Origin: an uncultured Actinomycetota bacterium
Lineage (GTDB): Bacteria; Actinomycetota; Actinomycetes; JAHEKZ01
Assembly (NCBI GenBank): GCA_963743915.1
Contig: CAVURN010000003.1
Location: 1-64,000, forward strand
DNA length: 64,000 bases
Direction: 5' to 3'
Shown one piece after another: positions 30,711 to 40,415 of the stretch. The notes under the pieces were generated by a model, which had not been told where the DNA came from, ran no database searches, and worked only from the letters and a program-made list of their open reading frames with translations. Position 1 is the stretch's first letter, and each line of letters begins with the position of its first letter. The translations under genes and the position numbers were made by a program.

Positions 30711-31892
30711 TCAGGTGCAGGGGCCGGTGCTCACCGCGCGGTCACTGGACAGCCCTTCGGCCAGTGCGGTCGCCACCTGCTCCGGCGTCATCGCGTAGCC
30801 GGTGTCGTCACGGTCGACAGACGCGGCGAACACCACTCCGACCACCTCCCCGCTCCGGTCGACGACCGGGCCTCCGGAGTTGCCGGGTCTGACATCCGCG
30901 CGGAGTGACAGGACGTTGCGCACGACCAGTCCCTCCCCGTAGATGTCGTTGCCCCGAGCCACGATCTCGTCGCGGACGCGCGCGGGTGTCGCCTGTAGTC
31001 CGCCGTTCTCGGGGTAGCCCAGCACCGCCACGCTCTCGCCGCGGTCGACGTCACCGGAGAAAGTGAGCGGGTCGACGGGCAGTCCCGGCACGTCGAGGAC
31101 GGCCAGATCGGTGTCGGGGTCGAAGTAGACGACGGTGGCGTCGTACGCCTTGCTGCTTTCCGCGGTGAGCACCGCGACCGAGCGGACACCGGCGAGCACG
31201 TGGGCGTTGGTGAGGATCCGCTCAGGAGCGAACGCGAACCCCGAACCCTCGAGGTTGCTGCTGCACGACGGTGCCTCACCGAGGATCTTCACCGTCTGGG
31301 CGGCCGCGTCGACGACCGCCTCACGACGGACGATGGCGGCGTTCGGCGCTGCGATCGACTCGATCGGCTCGGGCCCGAGGCCGGCGAACACCGTCGGGAA
31401 CCCGGTGTCCTTGAACATCGACTCGATCTGGCCGGTGAGGATGAAGGGCTCCACCGGCATCAGCGCGTCGAAGGCGCCGATGACCTGCGACTGACGGAGG
31501 TCGCGCGCCAACGAGCTCGAGTTGCCGTTCGCGTACAGGCTGGCGCCGAACCAGACCGCGAGCATCAGGGTCAGGACCGACAGCAGGGCTCCACCGACGT
31601 TGTTGAGCTTGACCATCGGACCCCACGTGACGGCCCCCTGCAGCCGACGGCCGAACATCCCCACCCCGACCTGGCCGAGAGCCGCCAGCAGGAACACGAT
31701 CACGATCGCCGTCAGCGCGGTGGCCATGCCGTCGGGCCACGACTCCAGCAGACGTGGCGCGAGCCACAGGCCCGCGGCTGCGCCGGTGAGGAACCCGACG
31801 AGGGACAGCAGGCCGTACAGCAGACCCCGGCGCCAGCCGGTGATGGCGAAGAGCACCATGGCCACCAGCAGCACGATGTCGATGACGCTCAC
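30711..31892 (-). CDS. marP: MarP-family membrane serine protease
   Basis: CvpA-like TM N-terminus, TNAHV, DLAVL, GNSGGP. Confidence 0.92.
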   Translation of the reverse strand: MSVIDIVLLVAMVLFAITGWRRGLLYGLLSLVGFLTGAAAGLWLAPRLLESWPDGMATALTAIVIVFLLAALGQVGVGMFGRRLQGAVTWGPMVKLNNVGGALLSVLTLMLAVWFGASLYANGNSSSLARDLRQSQVIGAFDALMPVEPFILTGQIESMFKDTGFPTVFAGLGPEPIESIAAPNAAIVRREAVVDAAAQTVKILGEAPSCSSNLEGSGFAFAPERILTNAHVLAGVRSVAVLTAESSKAYDATVVYFDPDTDLAVLDVPGLPVDPLTFSGDVDRGESVAVLGYPENGGLQATPARVRDEIVARGNDIYGEGLVVRNVLSLRADVRPGNSGGPVVDRSGEVVGVVFAASVDRDDTGYAMTPEQVATALAEGLSSDRAVSTGPCT

Positions 31893-32588
31893 CGCTGGGG
31901 CTCCTCTCTCACCATCGGCCGGTCGGGGTCGTCAGGCAGCGGGACGAGCCGCGACTCGTCCCAGGGGCGTTCCCACCCTGCTAAGTGAATCAGCCGATCG
32001 AGCAAACCCCCGGTAAAACCCCACACAAGAAGGCCACGAACTTCAAACGCCGAACCGACGTAGCCACTGGGGTGTTGGACTCGGCAGCGCCGAGCCGGAT
32101 CGGTCAGCTCGGCCAAGGGAACGCGGTGGACCGATGCCACCTCGGCCGGATCTGCTGCTGCCACGGGAGACGGGGCCCGCCACCATCCGAGGACCGGCGT
32201 CACCGCAAAGCCGGTGGGTGGGATGTAGAGGTCGGGCAGCACCGCCCAGACGTCGACACCGCTCGGATCGAGTCCGGTCTCCTCGGCGGCCTCACGCAGG
32301 GCGGCGTGCACAGCGTGCTCGTCGGTGGCATCGATGGCACCGCCGGGGAACGCCGGCTGCCCCGCGTGTGAGCGCATGTCGTGCGCGCGCTCGATGAGCA
32401 GCACGTCCGGCCCCTGCTCACCCTCACCGAAGAGAACCAGGACGGCCGATCGCCGTGGGGCGTCCAACGGCGGGGCGAACCTGGTCAGGTCGTCCACGGT
32501 GATGTCGACGACGGCTGCAGCCAGGGGTCGGAGCCAGCCGGGCAGGTCCGGGGCGGAACTCGACGCCCGGAGGCACCCCTGGGTTCAC
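31889..32588 (-). CDS. CoA pyrophosphatase (Nudix), frameshift near 5' end
   Basis: HAGQPAFPGG, ALREAAEETG, VWGFTG. Confidence 0.9.
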
Positions 32589-32595
32589 GCCTCCC

Positions 32596-33207
32596 TCACG
32601 GCAGGTCGACCTTCAGGTACGTGGCGAGCACCTCGCGCAGGTCGTCGTAAGACCGGAACGGTCCGGACTGCACGTACACGACTTCTCCCTGCTTCGACAC
32701 CAGCAGGGTCGTCGGCTTGGCAAGGTTTCGGATCTCGCGGGCGAACTCGTTGGCCGGGTCGAACACCGAGGGGAACGTGATGTCGAGGTCAGCCAGCAAG
32801 GCCGACGCGGCCCCCACCTGGTCCTCCGCGTCGATGCCGAGCACGTCGATCTCGCCGGACTCGTGCGCCTGCTGCAGCCACGGCATCTCGTCCCGGCAAG
32901 GAGGGCACCAGCTGGCCCAGACGTTGACCAGTCGCGGACGCCCCTCGAGGCCGGCGAGCTGGACCTCGTCCCCCGGCCCCAAGCAGGGCAGCTCGAGCTC
33001 GGGGAGGCCGTCACCGCGGCCGAGAGGTGGGCCGGAGTCGGGGCACGGGTCGATCTGGGCCGCACCGGTCGCGTCCCCCGCCCCGACGGATGCCGGGGGT
33101 GTCTGCGTCGGCGTCACCCGGACTCCCGCATCCTCGCCCGAGCTGCCGCAGGCACCCAGCGTCAGAGCTGCGAGGGCCATGACAATGGCGAGGGGTGCGC
33201 GCTTCAC
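32596..33207 (-). CDS. TlpA-family thioredoxin-like lipoprotein
   Basis: LGAC lipobox, [10 protein letters not shown]. Confidence 0.9.
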   Translation of the reverse strand: MKRAPLAIVMALAALTLGACGSSGEDAGVRVTPTQTPPASVGAGDATGAAQIDPCPDSGPPLGRGDGLPELELPCLGPGDEVQLAGLEGRPRLVNVWASWCPPCRDEMPWLQQAHESGEIDVLGIDAEDQVGAASALLADLDITFPSVFDPANEFAREIRNLAKPTTLLVSKQGEVVYVQSGPFRSYDDLREVLATYLKVDLP

Positions 33208-33926
33208 GGGATGTCCTTGACCAGGGCGGCAGCGACTTTGGCGTCCGTCGGCCCCTCACCGAACGAGGGGCAGAGCCTGGCGATCGGGCACGCGCCGCAC
33301 GCCGGCTTGCGCGCGTGGCAGCGACGGCGCCCGTGCCAGATCATCCGGTGGGACAGCATCGTCCAGTCCTTGCGCGGGAACAGCGCACCGACGTCTGCCT
33401 CGACCTTGACCGGGTCGGTCTCGTCCGTCCAGCGGAACCGACGCGCGAGGCGTCCGAAGTGGGTGTCGACGGTGATGCCGGGGACATCGAACGCGTTGCC
33501 CAGCACCACGTTCGCGGTCTTGCGCCCGACCCCGGGCAACGTGACCAGATCCTTCAGCCGCCCCGGCACCTCGCCGTCGAAGCGCTCGCAGAGTGTCTGG
33601 CCCAGGGTGATGATCGAGCTGGTCTTGGCCCGGAAGAAGCCGGTGGAGCGGATCAGCTCCTCGAGCTCGGTCCGGTCGGCAGCCGCGTACGCCTCGGCGT
33701 CGGGGTACCTGGCGAACAGCGTGGGCGTCACCAGGTTGACCCGCTTGTCCGTGCACTGCGCCGACAGGATGGTGGCCACCAGGAGCTCCAGAGGGGTGCT
33801 GAAGTCGAGCTCGCAGTGCGCATCGGGGTAGAGCTGGCCGAGCTCCCGGTTGATGCGCCGCGCCCGTCGGACGAGCCCGGTGCGGGTCTCGGAGGCCCAG
33901 CGGTCGGCCTTGGCGGCGGTCGTCAC
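33204..33926 (-). CDS. nth: Endonuclease III
   Basis: LSAQCTD, Hh[15 protein letters not shown]-x6-C-x2-C-x5-C; probably leaderless (TAGGCT just upstream). Confidence 0.97.
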   Translation of the reverse strand: MTTAAKADRWASETRTGLVRRARRINRELGQLYPDAHCELDFSTPLELLVATILSAQCTDKRVNLVTPTLFARYPDAEAYAAADRTELEELIRSTGFFRAKTSSIITLGQTLCERFDGEVPGRLKDLVTLPGVGRKTANVVLGNAFDVPGITVDTHFGRLARRFRWTDETDPVKVEADVGALFPRKDWTMLSHRMIWHGRRRCHARKPACGACPIARLCPSFGEGPTDAKVAAALVKDIP

Positions 33927-34043
33927 CCGACAAGCCTAGGCGTGCCCGCCCATCTGCCCCGTACGGGTGACGCCTCCTCAAGGGCTCGCGGAGGCCCGAC
34001 GATGCCGTCCGTGACGCAGCATGACCGTGGCGCGAAGGGACCG

Positions 34044-34577
34044 ATGATGACGACGCGGGCGCAGGAGCGCACCACGCGAGCAGCCGCACGCGAGGTGCCG
34101 GAGCGCAGCGAGGAGTTCGGGCACCTGACGCTGCCTGCTCTCCGCAGCTACCGTCAGTCATTGACGCAGGAGGAGAGCCGAGCCTCGTACTGGCGTCGGC
34201 TGATCCAGGCGCGGATGGACCTCATCGAGCTGCAGGGCGGTGACGACAGCATCCGCCTCGAACGGCTCCGGATGGCGCTGTCGGAGACCCGGGTGGGTGA
34301 GGGACGCCGCGCGCTCGTCGAGGTCATGCCGATCGACGACGCTCCCCCGTTGCCCGATCTCGCCGGGCTCTGGTCACGGGAGGCGCACCCCGACGACCCG
34401 GACGGCGTGGACGAGCTGAAGCGAGACCTCGCCTTCGCCGAGCTGCAGCTGTCGGCCTACCGTGCGGCCCTGCACCGCCGACTGGCGCGCGCCACGGGCG
34501 AGCTGATCGCCCGCTACCGCGAGGAGCCGACGCTGGCGCTGCAAGTGCTCCCCGTGCCGCCGGAGGACCCCGTCTGA
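34044..34577 (+). CDS. RsiG/AmfC-family c-di-GMP-binding anti-sigma-like protein
   Basis: ESRASYWRRLIQARMD fits E(X)3S(X)2R(X)3Q(X)3D; second degenerate motif ELQLSAYRAALH; ELIARYRE C-terminus. Confidence 0.8.
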   Translation: MMTTRAQERTTRAAAREVPERSEEFGHLTLPALRSYRQSLTQEESRASYWRRLIQARMDLIELQGGDDSIRLERLRMALSETRVGEGRRALVEVMPIDDAPPLPDLAGLWSREAHPDDPDGVDELKRDLAFAELQLSAYRAALHRRLARATGELIARYREEPTLALQVLPVPPEDPV

Positions 34578-34693
34578 GCGCCGACACCCTCGGTGGAGCA
34601 GCGGGACATGACGTCAGGGGTCTTCGGCTCTACCCTGGCGGCCCTGCGTGTGTCCCAATACGGTGAGCACCGGATGATCTCGGAGGTGAGTGG

Positions 34694-35374
34694 GTGGACT
34701 ACGACGTCCTGCGACGCACGCCGCTCTTCGCCGCACTCGACGACGCCGCTGCGGCGGCGTTGCGCGCGACGATGGGCCAGGTGACGGTCGCCCGTGGTGA
34801 CGTCGTGTTCTCCGAGGGCGAGCCTGGGGACCGGCTGTTCATCATCGCCGACGGCAAGATCAAGCTGAGTCAGACCTCCAGCGACGGGCGCGAGCAGGTC
34901 ATGGCCGTGCTCGGACCCGGCGAGATGTTCGGCGAGCTCTCCCTCTTCGACCCCGGCATGCGCACGTCCACCGCGGCGGCCGTCACCGACTCGGTCCTCC
35001 TCGGGCTCGGGCAGCGTGACCTGCGCCCTTGGCTCACCGGGCGCCCGGAGGTGGCCGAGGCGCTCCTGCAGGCTCTCGCCCAGCGGCTGCGTCGCACCAA
35101 CGAGGCGATGGCCGACCTGGTCTTCAGCGACGTGCCGGGTCGCGTCGCCAAGGCTCTGCTCGACCTGGCCGACAAGTTCGGTCAGCCGCAGCCGGACGGC
35201 GGCGTCCTCGTCGCCCACGACCTCACGCAGGAGGAGCTCGCCCAGCTGGTCGGCGCCTCGCGCGAGACGGTCAACAAGTCGCTCGCCGACTTCGCCTCGC
35301 GCGGATGGATCCGCCTCGAGGCGCGCGCGGTGATCCTGCTCGACGCCGAGCGGGTCATGCGCCGCGCCGGCTGA
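34694..35374 (+). CDS. crp: Crp/Fnr family regulator
   Basis: FGELSLFD, DVPGRVAKALL, HDLTQEELAQLVGASRETVNK. Confidence 0.95.
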   Translation: MDYDVLRRTPLFAALDDAAAAALRATMGQVTVARGDVVFSEGEPGDRLFIIADGKIKLSQTSSDGREQVMAVLGPGEMFGELSLFDPGMRTSTAAAVTDSVLLGLGQRDLRPWLTGRPEVAEALLQALAQRLRRTNEAMADLVFSDVPGRVAKALLDLADKFGQPQPDGGVLVAHDLTQEELAQLVGASRETVNKSLADFASRGWIRLEARAVILLDAERVMRRAG

Positions 35375-35614
35375 ACCTGGTCCACGTGACCTCAGGTCAC
35401 CCCAGTGGCGCGCTCCACTCATGTCAGGCGGCCTCAGCCGCGCGATTCTGCGTGCAACGCGCCAGTCGACGTCAGTCCGCAGCTCGGATGCCCGCACCAC
35501 CGCGGTCAGCGGCTCGAGTCCGGCCCGGACGGCGTCCGGAAGCTGGTCGACCAGCAGAGAGGCTCCGACGTCAGCATCGTGAGCTTCGGACCCGGCGACC
35601 CGCGTGACATCGGC

Positions 35615-35676
35615 GTCGAGTGGCGCGAAATCGGGCACTTGGACGATGATCACTGACCGATTTCGCGCCTTTCGGT
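35615..35676. repeat. 62-bp imperfect palindrome (REPIN-like), orphan copy 3
   Basis: GTCGAGTGGCGCGAAATCGGGCACTTGG...CCGATTTCGCGCCTTTCGGT; left arm nearly identical to the copy at 21241. Confidence 0.85.
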
Positions 35677-35682
35677 GTCGCC

Positions 35683-36504
35683 TCAGGAGCGCAGGGCATC
35701 GGCAGCCCTGGCGACGCCCATGCCGGACAGGTACTCCAGCTGCGCCTGCACCTGTGCCAGCACCACGTCGTGCAGCGCCGGCCCGGGGAGTCCGTAGACC
35801 GCCCGGGCAACCTCCTCGACGCTCGACGCCCCGCCGTCGAGCACGCTCGCCACCTGCTCGAGCCGCTTGGTGCGGTGCGCGATCAAGGTGTCGATGACCC
35901 GCAGGCCGTCCAGAGTCATCGGGCCGTGGCCGGGCAGCAGCGTGAGCGCCAGACCCGCCGCGGCGAGGTCCCGTATCCGCTGGAGTGACGCAAGGTAGGG
36001 CCCGAGCCGGCCGTCCGGCCAGGCGATGAGTGAGGAGCCCTCGCCCAGGATGGTGTCCCCGGTCAGCAAGGCACCGTCGCGGGGCACGTGCACGCAGAGC
36101 GAGTCATCGGTGTGACCGGGGGTCTCCAGCACCTGGAGCACCAGGCCGTCGACCTCGATCTGCTCCCCATCCACCACCGGCACCGTGCCACGGCACCACT
36201 GCGGGTCGAGGGCACGAACGGGAGCCTGCGTCTGCGCCTGCATCATGTCGACGGCTCCGGTGTGGTCCGGGTGTCGGTGCGTCACCAGGATCAGGTCCAC
36301 CTCGCACCCCGCGCGCTCGACCTCTGCGAGCACCGCGTCGACGTGCGCGGGGTCGTCCGGTCCCGGGTCGACCACGACGCACCGTTCGGCGTCCGGCTCG
36401 AAGAGCACCCACGTGTTGGTGCCGGACAGTGTCAGCACGCCGGGGTTGGCCGCCGTCACGCAGCGCGCACGCTGGGGCTCGGTGCCTCGGACCGGCTCGA
36501 TCAT
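35683..36504 (-). CDS. MBL-fold metallo-hydrolase (LACTB2-like)
   Basis: GTNTW, THRHPDH, TPGHT, TGD, LPGHG. Confidence 0.9.
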   Translation of the reverse strand: MIEPVRGTEPQRARCVTAANPGVLTLSGTNTWVLFEPDAERCVVVDPGPDDPAHVDAVLAEVERAGCEVDLILVTHRHPDHTGAVDMMQAQTQAPVRALDPQWCRGTVPVVDGEQIEVDGLVLQVLETPGHTDDSLCVHVPRDGALLTGDTILGEGSSLIAWPDGRLGPYLASLQRIRDLAAAGLALTLLPGHGPMTLDGLRVIDTLIAHRTKRLEQVASVLDGGASSVEEVARAVYGLPGPALHDVVLAQVQAQLEYLSGMGVARAADALRS

Positions 36505-37079
36505 CCCGTCACCGCCTCGATGTAGGACGGCGCCGCCGCCAGGGCGGTGGAGACGTCGTCGAATGCCGTCAATGATGCAAGAGTGCTGATCGTCGGGGGC
36601 CACATCGGCAGGTCGCCCATGCTGAAGGCCTCGACGGCCGCGTGGACGACGAACCACTGACCAGCCGCCACCTCGCCGGTGAGCGGCTGCGGCTGCTGGT
36701 CGAGCGGACACCGGGCCAGGTAGAAGCGTGCGTCGAAGCGTCGGGTCTCACCTGGAGGTGTCACCCACCGGGTCCACGGCACCAGGGTGGACGCGTCCAG
36801 GCGCACGCCACTCTCCTCCCACGTCTCGCGCACGGCAGCGGCGAGATGGGAACGCGTCACCTCGAGGTCGTCGTCCCCCCACACCTGAGCGTCGTGCGAC
36901 ACGTCATGCACCACCTGACTCATGTCCTCGTCGTCGTCGACGCGACCCCCGGGGAAGGCATGCATCCCCGCCGCGAATGCCAGCGTGGTCGCCCGTTGCT
37001 GCAGCCACACCTCCAGGCCGTCCGCGCCGTCCCGCAGCAGGACGACGGTGGCGGCCGGCCGGATCGGCTGGTCGGTCAT
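36501..37079 (-). CDS. Nudix hydrolase
   Basis: PAATVVLLRD, FPGGRVD, AVRETWEESG, WVTP..RRFDARFY. Confidence 0.9.
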   Translation of the reverse strand: MTDQPIRPAATVVLLRDGADGLEVWLQQRATTLAFAAGMHAFPGGRVDDDEDMSQVVHDVSHDAQVWGDDDLEVTRSHLAAAVRETWEESGVRLDASTLVPWTRWVTPPGETRRFDARFYLARCPLDQQPQPLTGEVAAGQWFVVHAAVEAFSMGDLPMWPPTISTLASLTAFDDVSTALAAAPSYIEAVTG

Positions 37080-38281
37080 GCCGCGGGAGCCGGACTCGGG
37101 ATGAACGGTCGGGCCAACACGTCGGCGTAACGGGTGAGCAGCGGAGCGGCAACCGCCAGCAGCAGGACGTAGGCGGCGGTGACCGCTCCGACGTCGGCCA
37201 CGCCTTCGGCGACGGCGAGTCCGGCGATCACCACGGCGAACTCGCCACGAGCACCGAGGACGGTGCCCGCTCGCATGCGACCTCGTGGACCCACACCGTC
37301 GCGGCCGGCGGCGTACCAGCCGGTGAGCACTTTCGTGACCAGGGTGACGGCGGCGAGGCCGCCCGCGACCAGGAGCACCGGCGGCAGCGTGGACGGGTCG
37401 ATCGACAGGCCGAAGGAGACGAAGAAGACCGCGGCGAAGATGTCCCGCAGCGGTCCGAGCAGCTCCCGCGACCGGCGCGCTGCCTGCCCGGTGAGTGCGA
37501 GGCCGACCAGGAAGGCGCCGACCGCGGCGGACGCATCCAGCATCGTGGTGAGCCCGGCGACCACCAGCGTGATGCCGAACACCCGGAGCAGCACCTGCTC
37601 GTCCTCGGCGTTGGTCAGCCGGTGTCCGAGGCGCTCGCCGAAGAACCGCGAGAGCAGGAGCACCGCGAGCACCGCCGTCACCGAGGCGGCGACACCGATC
37701 ACTGCGGCGACCGTGCCGCTTCCGGCGACGACGACGGCGACCAGCGGCAGGTAGACCGCCATCGCGATGTCCTCGAGCACGAGGATCGACAGCACCGACG
37801 GCGTCTCGCGGTTCGCCAGCCGGCCGAGATCGCTCAGCACTCGCGCGACGATGCCGGACGAGGAGACCCACGTGACGCCCGCCATCACCAGAGCTCCGGA
37901 CCAGGTGTCGGTCAGCAGCCAGCCGGCCACCGCTCCGGGTGCGGCGTTGAGCACCAGGTCCAGGACCCCCGACGGGATGTGCCGTCGCATGCTGTCGGCG
38001 AACTCCTCGGCCGAGAACTCCAGACCGAGGGTCAGGAGCAGCAGCACCAGGCCGAGCTCGGCGCCCACTTGGAGGAAGGTCGACGACGCATCCAGCGACA
38101 CCGCCCCGCCCTCCCCGAGCACCAGTCCGGCGAGCAGATACAACGGGACCGGCGAGAAACCGAACCTGCGCGCCAGACCGCCGATGATCCCCAGCAGAAA
38201 CAGAACGGCGCCGACCTCGAGGAGCAGGTCGGCGGCGTCTGGGAGGACGGTGGCCGCGAAGGCGGCCGGATCAAGGCTCAC
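37076..38281 (-). CDS. CPA2 cation:proton antiporter (KhtU-like)
   Basis: LGLEFS, SSSGIVARVL, ILVLEDI, ARGEF. Confidence 0.9.
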   Translation of the reverse strand: MSLDPAAFAATVLPDAADLLLEVGAVLFLLGIIGGLARRFGFSPVPLYLLAGLVLGEGGAVSLDASSTFLQVGAELGLVLLLLTLGLEFSAEEFADSMRRHIPSGVLDLVLNAAPGAVAGWLLTDTWSGALVMAGVTWVSSSGIVARVLSDLGRLANRETPSVLSILVLEDIAMAVYLPLVAVVVAGSGTVAAVIGVAASVTAVLAVLLLSRFFGERLGHRLTNAEDEQVLLRVFGITLVVAGLTTMLDASAAVGAFLVGLALTGQAARRSRELLGPLRDIFAAVFFVSFGLSIDPSTLPPVLLVAGGLAAVTLVTKVLTGWYAAGRDGVGPRGRMRAGTVLGARGEFAVVIAGLAVAEGVADVGAVTAAYVLLLAVAAPLLTRYADVLARPFIPSPAPAA

Positions 38282-38760
38282 GGGGTACCGAGGATCGAAC
38301 GGAGGCGCGCGATCCCGTCGGCGGTGCCGATCACGACCAGCACGTCGCCGGCGTGCAGCTGCTGCGAGGGCTCCGGTGAGGCGAGCACGAGGTCGTTGTG
38401 CACCAGGGCCACTACCGACGCCCCCGTGCGGGTGCGTGCCCTGGTGTCCCCCAGGGTCTTCCCGACGTAGGGGGAGCTGTCGGCGAGAGGAATCTGCTCG
38501 GACGCGAGCCCCGGCACTTCGCGGGTCAGCTCGGCGAACTTCACGGCGATGCGCGGAGCACCCAGGATCTCGGCCAGTGTGGCGGCCTCTTCCTCGTCGA
38601 GCTCGAGCAGCTGCGTGCCGACATCCGGGTCGTCACTGTCGAACGACGAGATCGTGAAGTTCTCGCTGCGCTTGGCGACGACGGCGATGCGGCGTCCGCT
38701 TTCGAGCGTGAACTCGTACCGCAGCCCGACACCGGGCAGCACCGTCTCGACGACGTCCAT
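38278..38760 (-). CDS. Antiporter regulatory subunit (KhtT-like, TrkA-C)
   Basis: ETVLPGVGLRYEF, RTRTGASVVA, GDVLVVIGT. Confidence 0.9.
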   Translation of the reverse strand: MDVVETVLPGVGLRYEFTLESGRRIAVVAKRSENFTISSFDSDDPDVGTQLLELDEEEAATLAEILGAPRIAVKFAELTREVPGLASEQIPLADSSPYVGKTLGDTRARTRTGASVVALVHNDLVLASPEPSQQLHAGDVLVVIGTADGIARLRSILGTP

Positions 38761-38761
38761 G

Positions 38762-39223
38762 TCACCCGACCTCGACGACGAGCTCGACCTCGACGGGAGC
38801 GTCCAGCGGCAGTGCCGCGACGCCGATGGCGCTGCGCGCGTGCGCACCGATGTCACCGAACACGTCGAGCAGCAGCTCGCTGGCACCGTTGACGACCGCT
38901 GGCTGATCGGTGAAGCCGGGGGCGCTGGCGACGAAGCCCACGACCTTCACCACCCGCGTGACGGCAGAGAGGTCACCGGTCACCGAGCGCACCGCCGCCA
39001 GCGCGTTGAGCGCGCAGATGCGAGCCGCGACCTTGGCCGTCTCGAGGTCTACGTCGGCTCCGACCTTGCCCACCGACTGCATCTGGTCGTCCTGCTTCGG
39101 CAGCTGGCCCGACGTGAACACGTAGGACCCGGAGCGGACAGCCGGCACATAGGCAGCCAGCGGCGCGACGACCTCGGGAACGACGAGACCCAGCTCGGCC
39201 AGCCGCTGCTCCGGCGTCGCCAT
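38762..39223 (-). CDS. RidA/YjgF family protein
   Basis: FTSGQLP, VVNGASELL, HARSAIGVAALP. Confidence 0.92.
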   Translation of the reverse strand: MATPEQRLAELGLVVPEVVAPLAAYVPAVRSGSYVFTSGQLPKQDDQMQSVGKVGADVDLETAKVAARICALNALAAVRSVTGDLSAVTRVVKVVGFVASAPGFTDQPAVVNGASELLLDVFGDIGAHARSAIGVAALPLDAPVEVELVVEVG

Positions 39224-39381
39224 CAGGCCTCCCTGGGACGCTTGAAGTAGGCGACGAGCTGCTCGGCATTGGGCCCCGGGACGACCTGGACGAGCTCCCA
39301 GCCGTCCTGTCCCCAGGTGTCGAGGATCTGCTTGGTCGCATGGATCAGCAAGGGCGCGGTGGCGTACTCCCACGTGGTCAT
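39223..39381 (-). CDS. DUF4177 small protein (absent from the ORF track)
   Basis: MTTWEYATAPLLIHATKQILDTWGQDGWELVQV...VAYFKRP, 52 aa. Confidence 0.9.
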   Translation of the reverse strand: MTTWEYATAPLLIHATKQILDTWGQDGWELVQVVPGPNAEQLVAYFKRPREA

Positions 39382-39428
39382 GGCGTCACCCTAGCCAACG
39401 CGCTCGGCAGGACGCGTAGGGTCAGAGC

Positions 39429-40415
39429 GTGAGTGCACCAGGCAGGACGCGCCTCCACATCGTCACGGGCAAAGGGGGCACCGGCAAGACGACCGTGGCG
39501 TCTGCTTTGGCCCTCAATCTCGCGGCCGGTGGACGCCGGGTGCTGCTCATCGAGGTCGAGGGTCGGCAGGGCATCGCCCAGCTCTTCGATGTGCCGCAGC
39601 TGCCGTACGAGGAGCGCAAGGTCGCAGTGGCGCGGGACGCCGGCGACGTCTTCGCCCTCGCCATCGACCCCGAGGATGCCCTGTACGAGTACCTCGACAT
39701 GTACTACCGGCTCGGGCGGGCCGGAAAGGCCCTGCGCAAGGTCGGAGTGGTGGAGTTCGCCACCACCGTGGCGCCCGGCGTCCGCGACGTCCTGCTGACA
39801 GGCAAGGCGTACGAGGCGGTCCGGCGACGCGAAGGCCAGCAGTACGTGTACGACTCGGTCGTGGTGGACGCGCCGCCCACGGGACGCATCGGACACTTCC
39901 TCAACGTCAACACTGAGGTCGCCGGCGTCGCCAAGGTGGGTCCCATCCGCCGCCAGGCCGACTCGATCATGGAGCTGCTGCGGTCGCCGCGGACTGCCGT
40001 GCACCTGGTGACCCTGCTCGAAGAGATGCCGGTGCAGGAGACGCTGGACGCCGTCGGCGAGCTGCGCGCCCTCGAGCTCCCGATCGGCGCCGTGGTCGTC
40101 AACCAGACCCGGCGACCGGCGCTTCGCGGCACCGACCTCCAGGCGGCGCGGCGGGGAGAGCTCGACCGCACCGAGATCGAGAAGGGTCTGGCGTCCGCCG
40201 GGTTGGACGGTCACTCCGGCCTGGTCGACGCCCTGGAGCGTGAGGCCGCGTCCCACGCCGAGCGGGTGCAGCTCGAGCGCGCACAGCGGCGACGGCTCAG
40301 CGCGGTGGACCTGCCCATCGTCACCCTGCCGTGGCTTGCCGACGGCGTCGACCTCGCCGGTCTCTACCAGCTGGCGGACGAGCTGGGTCACGCGAAGGGT
40401 GAGCCACCATGGTGA
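39429..40415 (+). CDS. ArsA/Get3-like ATPase (BagA/Rv3679-like)
   Basis: GKGGTGKTT, DAPPTGR. Confidence 0.9.
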   Translation: MSAPGRTRLHIVTGKGGTGKTTVASALALNLAAGGRRVLLIEVEGRQGIAQLFDVPQLPYEERKVAVARDAGDVFALAIDPEDALYEYLDMYYRLGRAGKALRKVGVVEFATTVAPGVRDVLLTGKAYEAVRRREGQQYVYDSVVVDAPPTGRIGHFLNVNTEVAGVAKVGPIRRQADSIMELLRSPRTAVHLVTLLEEMPVQETLDAVGELRALELPIGAVVVNQTRRPALRGTDLQAARRGELDRTEIEKGLASAGLDGHSGLVDALEREAASHAERVQLERAQRRRLSAVDLPIVTLPWLADGVDLAGLYQLADELGHAKGEPPW

